NCBI GenBank assembly: GCA_965240325.2
Contig: OZ251245.1
Location: forward strand, 806,001-870,000
DNA length: 64,000 nucleotides
Origin: Rebecca billardiae RCC1528
Lineage: Eukaryota; Protista; Haptophyta
Direction of reading: 5' to 3'
Shown here: piece after piece, positions 56,376-64,000 of the stretch
Layout: each line of letters begins with the position of its first letter
Numbering within the stretch: the stretch's first letter is position 1
Notes under the pieces: generated by a model
Told to the model about the DNA's origin: nothing
The model's database searches: none
What the model saw: only the letters and a program-made list of their open reading frames with translations
Made by a program: the position numbers and the translations under genes

Positions 56376-59300
56376 CTACGCATCCGCATTGCCGCCCGCC
56401 GCCGCGACGGCCACCGCCGCCGGGCGGATCGGCTCGACGCCCGCGGCCGAAGCCGGCGTCTTGTCGCCGGCGCCACCGCTGTCGTCGAGCGCCGCCGCCT
56501 CGACCGCGGCGACGAGCTCCTCTGGCTGGGGCGCGGCCGCCGCGTCGGGCGCGTCGGGCGCCTCCCAGGGCAGCGGGCTGGCGGGCGGCGAGGGCAGCGG
56601 CGAGGGCACAGGGATGTACTTGTCGATGGGCTGCTTGCGCGAGCAGCCGGCCGACTGGCGCGTGAAGGTGACGACGATCGGGTCGATGTAGAACGGGCCT
56701 TTGCTCTCCTGCGGGCGCACAGGCGCGCGGCAAAGGCGGCGGATGACGCGCCGCACCGCAGCGCGCGCAGCAGAGTCAGCACACGGCCGGGCACGAGTCG
56801 AGTCTGCTTGCGCCGCGCGGCGCCGGGCGGGTGCGCGCCCGGCGAGGCGTGCGGCGCGCGCACCTTGACGTCGTGCGTCGCGCTGAGCTTCTCCTTGGGC
56901 AGCATGGCGTACGCCGCCTTGGTGCGCGAGCCGGGGCCGACATCGTCTGTGTCGTCGTCGACGCCGACAAGCGCGTCTGGCAGCGGCGCGCTCGCGCCCT
57001 CGCCCGCGGCGTGGAGGCGCTTCTTGAGCTGGTACATCTTGAGCGCGGTGCGCTCGCCGTTGGAGATCGGGTTGGTCGGCGCGCCCGGCCGCACCTCCGA
57101 CCGATCCTGCAGGTTCTGCAGTGCGCCCGCCGCGTGCGCGAGCACGAGCGCGTTGGTCGCGTCCCGCGCGAGCGTGATCAGAGCGCTCATCGCCGCCGGC
57201 TCTGCGAGGATGGTCCGCTTGCACGGCGGGTTGAGCGCGAGGTTGCGGACGAGCGCGCAGAGCCCGGCCTGCAGCAGCTCGACCAGCCCGTCCATCTCCG
57301 CCGCGTCCGCCACCGACGGCTGCTCCGTCCCCGCCTGCGCCTCCGCCTTCACCCGCGTGACGGGCTTGGACGCGCCCACGAGCGCGTCAACGGCCAGAGG
57401 AATCAAGCCGTCATTCAGGAAGAAGGCGCGGGCCTCGGCGAGCGCGGCGGCGTTGGCGAGCGTGCCGGCGAGTGCCGCCTTGGCGCGGATGGACTCGTAG
57501 GGCTGGCCGAGCCGGAGGGCGAGCAGCGCCGCGCGGAGCCCGCCCACCTCCGCGCCGGGCTCGCCGGCGGGCGGCGCGGCCGCCGCGCCGCGCGCGCCCG
57601 CAGCCGTGGCGCCAGGCACTTGGTACGGCGGCGGCGGCGGCTCGGAGGTGGCGCCGATCAAACTCTCCGCCGCCTCGACGAGCGGAGTGAGCGTGAGCAG
57701 GCACAGCGAGCACGAGAGCTGCGCGGCACGGGCGCGCGCGCGCGGTGCGGCGTGAGCGCTGCCGTGCGGCACTGGCGCACACGCTGCGCGCAGCCGGTGC
57801 GGCCACGCCCGCGCCTCCGAATGGCGCGTGGCACACGCGCGCTGCGCGCGCACACGCGCGCGCGCGCGCGCACGCGCACGCACACGCCCCGCGCGCGCGC
57901 ACACACCTGCGCCTCCGAGTGGCACGTGACATCGAGGTACACGTCCGGGGGCCCACGCGCGACCGTGCTGAGCAGCAGGTTGAGCGCGCCCGCGTCCGTC
58001 GCGGCCGCCTTGTTCTCGTCGTCGCCCACGCACAAGTTGGACAGCGCGCGCGCCGCGACCGCGACCACCAGGCCATCCTCGTCCTCGAGTAACTCTGCGA
58101 GCACACGCGCCGCGCCCGCCTCGCGCCCCGCCGCGCGGCCCTGGTCGGTGGCGAAGAGGTTGGCGAGGAGCGCGCCGAGCTGGTCGACGACGGCGGCGGT
58201 CTGCTCCGAGGCCGACGGGTCGAGGATCGCGACGAGCGAGCCCACCGCGCCCGCCTCGATCAGCGACGCGCACACCGCCGCCGAGGCCTTGGAAGCGTTA
58301 GCGAGCGCTCCCGCCGCGTTGCAATTAAGCATCGGCGCGTGCGCGGCCCCGATGCAGCTCATCAGCAGCTCGAGCCCGCCCGCGGCGGCGACGCCGTCCG
58401 CCTCGTCCGGCGCGAAGAGGAGGAGGTTCATCAGGATCCCCGCGGCGTACGCCGCCGTGTCGTCCGAGCCCGACGCGCGCGCGCCCTCGAGCGTGCGCAG
58501 CGCGAACTCGAGCGCGCCCGCGTCGATGAGTGGGCGCGCCGAGGCACGGCCGTCGTTCATCGCGCAGTTGAAGAGGCACGAGGTGGCGGGCGCGACGAGG
58601 GCGGGCGCGCCGTCGACGCGGGCGAGGTCGAGGAGCGGCGCGTGCCCGCCCACCTCGCGGATCGCCGCGGCGCCGAGCGGCTCGCACGCGATGTGCGAGA
58701 GCGCCCAGCACGCGCGCCGCTGCAGCTCGACGCGCGCGGACGCCGCCTGCGCCATCGCTTCCTCGGCGCGCGTGCCGACTGCCGCGGCGGCGTGCGGCGG
58801 CGGCCTCGGCCGGCCGTCGGCGGAGAGGTCGGAGACGAGCGGCGGGAGCGTGAGGACGTACACGAGCGAGGCGGGCGCGCCGAGCTGCCGCGCGCGCACC
58901 TGGTTCGGCGTGTTCCCGTGCACCGAGTGCATGACTGCGCCCACGACCGCCAGTCGTCGCTCCTCGTCCGAACACGTGACGAGCCCGGAGATGGGCCGGA
59001 GTGCGCCGATCAGCCGGTAGTGCTCGCGGTTGTCGGGGGAGCCCTCGGCGCAGTGCTCGAAGAGGTGGGCGGCGAGGAGCGCGATCGTCTCCAGCTCGGA
59101 GGTGAGCAGCGGCATCGCGCGCTCCAGCCCGCCGCCCAGCCGGACCGCATCCTGCGAGTCCGGCTCGTTGAGGGTCAGGTTGGCCAACGCACCAATCGCG
59201 GCCTCGCACAGGGTCGGGTCTGCGTCGCCGCCCTCGAGCAGGAGGCACAGGGTGGGCAGCGCGCCGGCCTCGCGCACGACGCGCTTGACCTCCTCGTTCA

Positions 59301-60570
59301 GCCCGGCCCAGCGCAGCACGTGCGCCGCCGCCGCCGAGATGCTCGTCGAGCGCGACGTGAGCAGCCGCACCGTCGACTCGATCCCGCCCTCATCTCGGAT
59401 GAGCGCGCGGCTTGGCCCGTCGAAGCGCGCGAGCTGGCCGACGCAGAAGAGCGTGGCGCGCGCGAGCTCCTCGTCGTGCGAGGGGAGGAGCTCGACGAGG
59501 GCGGGGATGCCGTCCGCCTTGCGGAACGCGCGGCACACCGCCACCTCGGTGAACAGCGCGGTCACCGCGAGCACCGCCGCCTCCTGAACCTCCTCAGCCG
59601 GCGAGGCGAGCAAAGCCGCGAGCGCTCCGACAATGCCGAGCGCGAGGGATTCGCGGTGCGTGCGCGGCTCGTGCGTGGCGCACTCGCAGACGATCTGCGA
59701 GGCGCGCACGTGCAGCTCCTCGTCCTCGCACGAGAGCAGCGGGCGCACCGCGCCGAGCCCCTTCAGCCCCACCAGCTCCGAGCACGCCGCCGGCTCAGTC
59801 TGCAGCACCCGCAGCGCGCACAGCGCCGCGTCCTCTAGAATGTCCTCGCGCGAGATCGCGCCGAGCAGCTCGAGCAGGACGCCGAGGCCGGCGCGCGCGG
59901 GGAGCGGCGCGTCGGGCTGCGCGGCGGTGGCCGAGGGCGGCAGCGCGCACAGCGCCGCCGCGTTGCCGTCGAGCAGCACCATGTTGTTCAGCGCGCCGAC
60001 CGCCCGCGCAAGCACGTCCAGCTGACCGCCCGGCCGGCCCTCGCGCGCCGCGACGCTCACGAGCGCCTCGAGCGCGCCGCCCGCGCCGAGCACGGAGCGC
60101 GCGTCGTCGGAGTGCGCGCCGATGTTCATCAGCGCGCCCGCCGCGTTCGCGCGCACGCGCGCGTCCTCGTGCTTCAGCCCGCCGCCGCCCAGCAGGCCGG
60201 TGAGCGCGCCGCTCTGCTTGAGAAGGGCGTCCGCACCTGCAGGCGAGAGCGCCGTGTTGAAGAGCGCGCCGGTGGCGGCGGCCACCACGTCGGGGGTGGG
60301 CGAGTCGAGCAGCGCGATGAGCGGCACCAGGCCGTCCAGGTCGACGAGCGCGCGCCGAGCCTCCGACACCTGCGCGCGCCGCCGCCGAGGCCGCGCGCGC
60401 GCGCATGCTCGTGAGCGCGCGGCGCACGCGCGCGCCGAGCCTCGCGCGTGCACGAGCGCGCGCGCGCGCGCGCGCGCGCGCGCGCGCACCTTGGCCTCAT
60501 CCACCTCCGGCTCGAACGACTCGATGTCCTCGTACAGCACATTGCCCTCGACGTACGCCGCCTGCGCCAT
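56376..60570 (-). CDS. Large armadillo-repeat protein; introns 60370-60489, 57719-57906, 56709-56863
   Basis: Many ARM repeats (GLVPLIALL..AATGALFN; GGIESTVRLL; GALPTLCLLL..AAIGALANL); splicing joins the three ORF-track frames. Confidence 0.85.
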
Positions 60571-60753
60571 GGCCGCGCGAGCGGGCGAGGTGCCTGCCCG
60601 TAACAGTTTCGCACGATGATCTCGCACGATGGCGACCGGCGGTTCCAACATCCCGCAACTCGATCAGTCGATTTCGAACCTTGCGTGCGTGAGAGCGCCA
60701 CTGTATGATAGATGACTCTTGAAGCTGCTAAGCTACTACTGTCTATCATAAGA

Positions 60754-63700
60754 CTACTTGGCGCGGCTCGTCGCCGGCGCCGGGCTGAGCTCGTCCAGCG
60801 CCACCTGCAGCGCTCGGACGTAACGGCCGAGCGCCCCGTGCACGGCGAAGAGCAGCCGCCTCCCATCCGGCGCCGCCGCCTCGCCCTCGCCGGGCGCGGT
60901 GTCGGCCGCGGCCGCGCCGGCGCTGGCCGACGCCGACTGCACGAGCGCGCACGCGCGAGCGATCGCCTCGCACTCCGACTTGCCGATGGCCGCGGCGCGG
61001 TCGCGCTCGGCGCGCGCCGCGGCGAGCGCGTTGCTCCGCTCCCACCAGCTCGCTGCCTCGGCGGCGTGCGAGTGCAGCGCCTCGGCGTCCGACCACGCGC
61101 GCGCGCACGTGCGCAGCGCGGCGGCGCCGCGCGCCGAGCCGGCGAGGGCGGCGGCGCCGGCGCCGCCCGCGCGCGCCGAGTCGGCGTCCATCGCGCCGCA
61201 CGCGAGGGCGAGGCGGCCGAACTGGGTCTGCACGCGCCCCGCCGCGCGCGCGTACGCGACGAGCCCCTCGCGCAGCCCGCCCTTCGCGCGCGCCACCGCG
61301 TCCGCGTCCGGCCCCGCCGCGGCGCGCGCCGCGTACAGCTCGAGCGCACTTAGATGCGCGCTCGCGCGGCCGTGTGCCTGTTCGTCGTGGAGCGCGGCCC
61401 ACGCCTTCGCGAAGCGGGCGCCGTCGAAGCGCGCGCGCGGCGCGGCGCGGCGCAGCGCGAGGGTGAGCGTGCGCGTGCCCACCGCGCCGCGCACCGCCGC
61501 GTCCAGCGCGGCGTGCAGCCTGCGTGTGTGCAGCTGCGTCCACAGCAGCTGCTGCCGCGCGGCCGCGACCGCCGCGCGCGCGCGCTCATAGACCGGGTTG
61601 AGCCGCGCCCAGTCCACCGCCGTGTTGATCACGAGGTCGATCAGCGGCTTCTTGCCTGGCGCCGGCGCGCGCGCGCGCGTACGAGCGCGCGTCAGTGCGA
61701 CGCAGCGCGCGCGGCCGCGCGCGCTCACGGCCGCATGCGGACACAGGCGCGCGCCAGCCGGGCGCCGGGCGCGCTGTGCGGAACGCTGCGAGAACGCCGC
61801 GAGAACGCTGCGAGAGAACGCCGCGAGAACGCTGTGAGAACGCTGCGACAACGCTGTGAGAACGCACCGAGAATTCGCTGGTGGAATTCCATGCAGTGGT
61901 CGGCGCCTCGCGGCTGGTCCACCGACTCCATGTCCGGCCGGCGGCAGCTCAGCTCGGTGACGCTCACGCACTCGCTGGTGTCCGCCGCGCGCGGCGCCGC
62001 GCCCGACGGCGGCCGTCCGAGCGGCGAGTGACACGCCTGCTGCGCCTGCCACGCCCGGCACACCGCCTGCATCGAGATGGCCGGCACTGTGGTGTCGCCG
62101 TCGTCGCTCGCGCCGACGGCGGCGTCCTCCTCCATGCTCAGAGGCCACGGCTGCGCGTGCCGCGCGCGCGCGCACCGCGCCGCGGCGGGGGCGTTCAGAG
62201 CAGCGCTCGCAGCACCGCCCAGCACGCACGCAGCCAGCACACACCGCGCGCGCGCGCGCACCCGCCTATACACATACTGCGTGGCGGTCGGCTCGCCCAC
62301 GCCGACGACGCAGTGCACCGGCACGGGCGGCGCGCGCCACACGCGGTCGACCGTGCGCGCGCCGCGCTCGTACAGCTCCGTCAGCCGCTCGCGCCTCCGG
62401 CCCCACCGGCTCCCATCCTGCTCCATCGCGTCGAATAAAGAAAAATAAGACGAGAAATTCGCCGGGTAGAATGCGTACGCGCGCGCCGCGCCGTCGGCCG
62501 TCGTGGCGGCGGCGGGCGGCGGCGCGGGCGCGTCGGCGCGCGGCGCGCCCGGCGGCCGGGCCCCGGGCTGCGCGCCCGCTGCACGGCCGGCGGATGCGTC
62601 GCGAGCGCGAGGCGCAGCTGTCGAGAGCCCTGGCTCGGCAGTAGCAGCGGCGCGGCCGCCGGGCACGGCCGGCGCGCCGGTCGCGCGCGCGCCGGCGGCA
62701 CTGCCGGCGGCAGCGCTCGGGCGCTGCCCTCCACTGATTGACGTTGGCCGCGGCGTCGGCGGCGGCGGCGGCGGCACGGCCGCCGCCGCCGCCGCCACCG
62801 CAGGTGCGCGCGCGGCCGGCACGCTGGCGCCCGGCTGCGTCTCGCGCGCGCCGGCGGCGGCCGCGGACGCGCCCACGGGCGCTGCCGTGGACGAGGGCGC
62901 GGGCCAGAGCGCGGACGCGGGCCGAGCTGGCTGCGCGAGGGCCATGGTGCCGTTCGGCGAGACGCCCACCGCCGTCGTCGTCGACGGCGCAAGCGCCTCC
63001 GCCGCGCTCCGCGCCGCGCCATGCGCCGGCTGCTGCGCCTGCTCGGCCGCGCCCGCGCCCGGCCGCCGGCCGGCGCCGGCCGGCGCCGGCGGCGGCGCCG
63101 CTGCCGCCGCCGCGCCCTTCTCCGGCATGACGAGGAGCGCGCGCTCGCGCCACACGCGCGGGTGCGGCAGGAGCATGAACGCCGAGTCGAGCTCGCGCGC
63201 CAGGTCGCGCGTCTCCGCGTCCGTCAGGATGTACCGCGAGAGCACCTCCGCCCCCGACACGAGCGTCTTGAGCGACTTGGGGGAGCCAGCTAGCGGGGAC
63301 GCGACCGCGATCACCGAGCGCACGCGCGCGAGGGTCTCGAGGTCGAAGCGCTCGAGGCAGTGGTGCAGCTGCAGCATGCCGAGCGAGTGCGCCACCAGGT
63401 GCGCCCCGCCGCCGCCGCCCGCGCCGCCCACGCCGAACGCGCCGCCGCCGCCCGCCGCGCGCTCGAGCGTGCGCCTCAGGTCGAGGCAGAAAGTGTTCTG
63501 CTGCGGCAGCCGGCGCCAGTCGTACGGCACGCCGAAGAGGTTGGCGCCCGGCGTGTACCCGAGGCGCTCGAGCTCCTTGATCAGGTCCCAGAACACCTTC
63601 GCCTCCATCATGCAGTCCGCCTTCCGCGTCTTGAGCACGCACGCGACGCCCTTGAGCCCGTGGTTGCCGCGGTCGGGCTCGACGCGCACGTCCGCGTCCT

Positions 63701-64000
63701 CGTACGACATGAGCTCGGAGATCCAGTGCGAGTGCACGGGCGTGTTGAACATCGCGCTCGCCATCGTGAGCCGCATGAACGGCGGCAGCCAGATCCGGTC
63801 GCGCAGCTCCGGCGCCTTGCCGCCGGCCAGCACGTCGGTGTTCGAGCTCGCGTTCACGCGGAACAGGCGGCTCGACATGAGGCCGGGCACGAGGACGATC
63901 GGCTCGCAGGGCGAGGGCTTGAGGCTGCACAGCTTGGGCGGCCCGGCGCCGACCGTCGCCGCGCCGAGCGCGAGGGCAGCCAGCGCGCACGCCGCCAGCC
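60754..64000 (-). CDS. LCAT/lysosomal phospholipase A2-family acyltransferase with ~300-aa helical C-terminal extension; introns 62151-62261, 61656-61867; start lies beyond the window
   Basis: PIVLVPGLMSSRL, LFGVPYDWR, LVAHSLG (Ser), DGDTTVP (Asp), FHQRIL (His); signal-like LAALALGAA at the window edge. Confidence 0.85.
61780..61865. repeat. Intronic minisatellite of ~11-13-bp GAGAACGCYGC units
   Basis: About seven visible units. Confidence 0.8.

Overview
Eukaryotic, very GC-rich, gene-dense genomic DNA. Short GC-rich spliceosomal introns (GT-AG, some GC-AG) and the gene content suggest a haptophyte alga such as a Pavlovales species; this is inference only. About 20 protein-coding loci can be rebuilt by hand-splicing: an AP-4 beta C-terminus, an EF-hand/TKL kinase, a DOT1-like methyltransferase, a putative mitochondrial membrane protein, a SUZ protein, CEP41, an RNB exoribonuclease, a sulfotransferase, a frameshifted RING/F-box/RCC1 gene, two head-to-head bestrophins, an APX-related peroxidase, a pseudo-kinesin, a clan GH-A glycosidase, DNAJC3, a GLUT-type transporter, a small unknown protein, TYW5, an LRR receptor-like protein, an ARM protein and an LCAT with a helical C-terminal extension. 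Lower-GC intergenic islands hold at least six terminal-inverted-repeat elements, a ~210-bp dispersed repeat and long (TA)n tracts. The most notable items are: (1) an intact LRR receptor gene missed by the ORF track, built from in-phase 72-bp one-repeat-per-exon cassettes with homologous introns; (2) a degenerate chromodomain-carrying TIR transposon inserted in (TA)n; (3) an inverted bestrophin pair with patchwork identity. Family assignments come from motif recognition by eye, not database searches.
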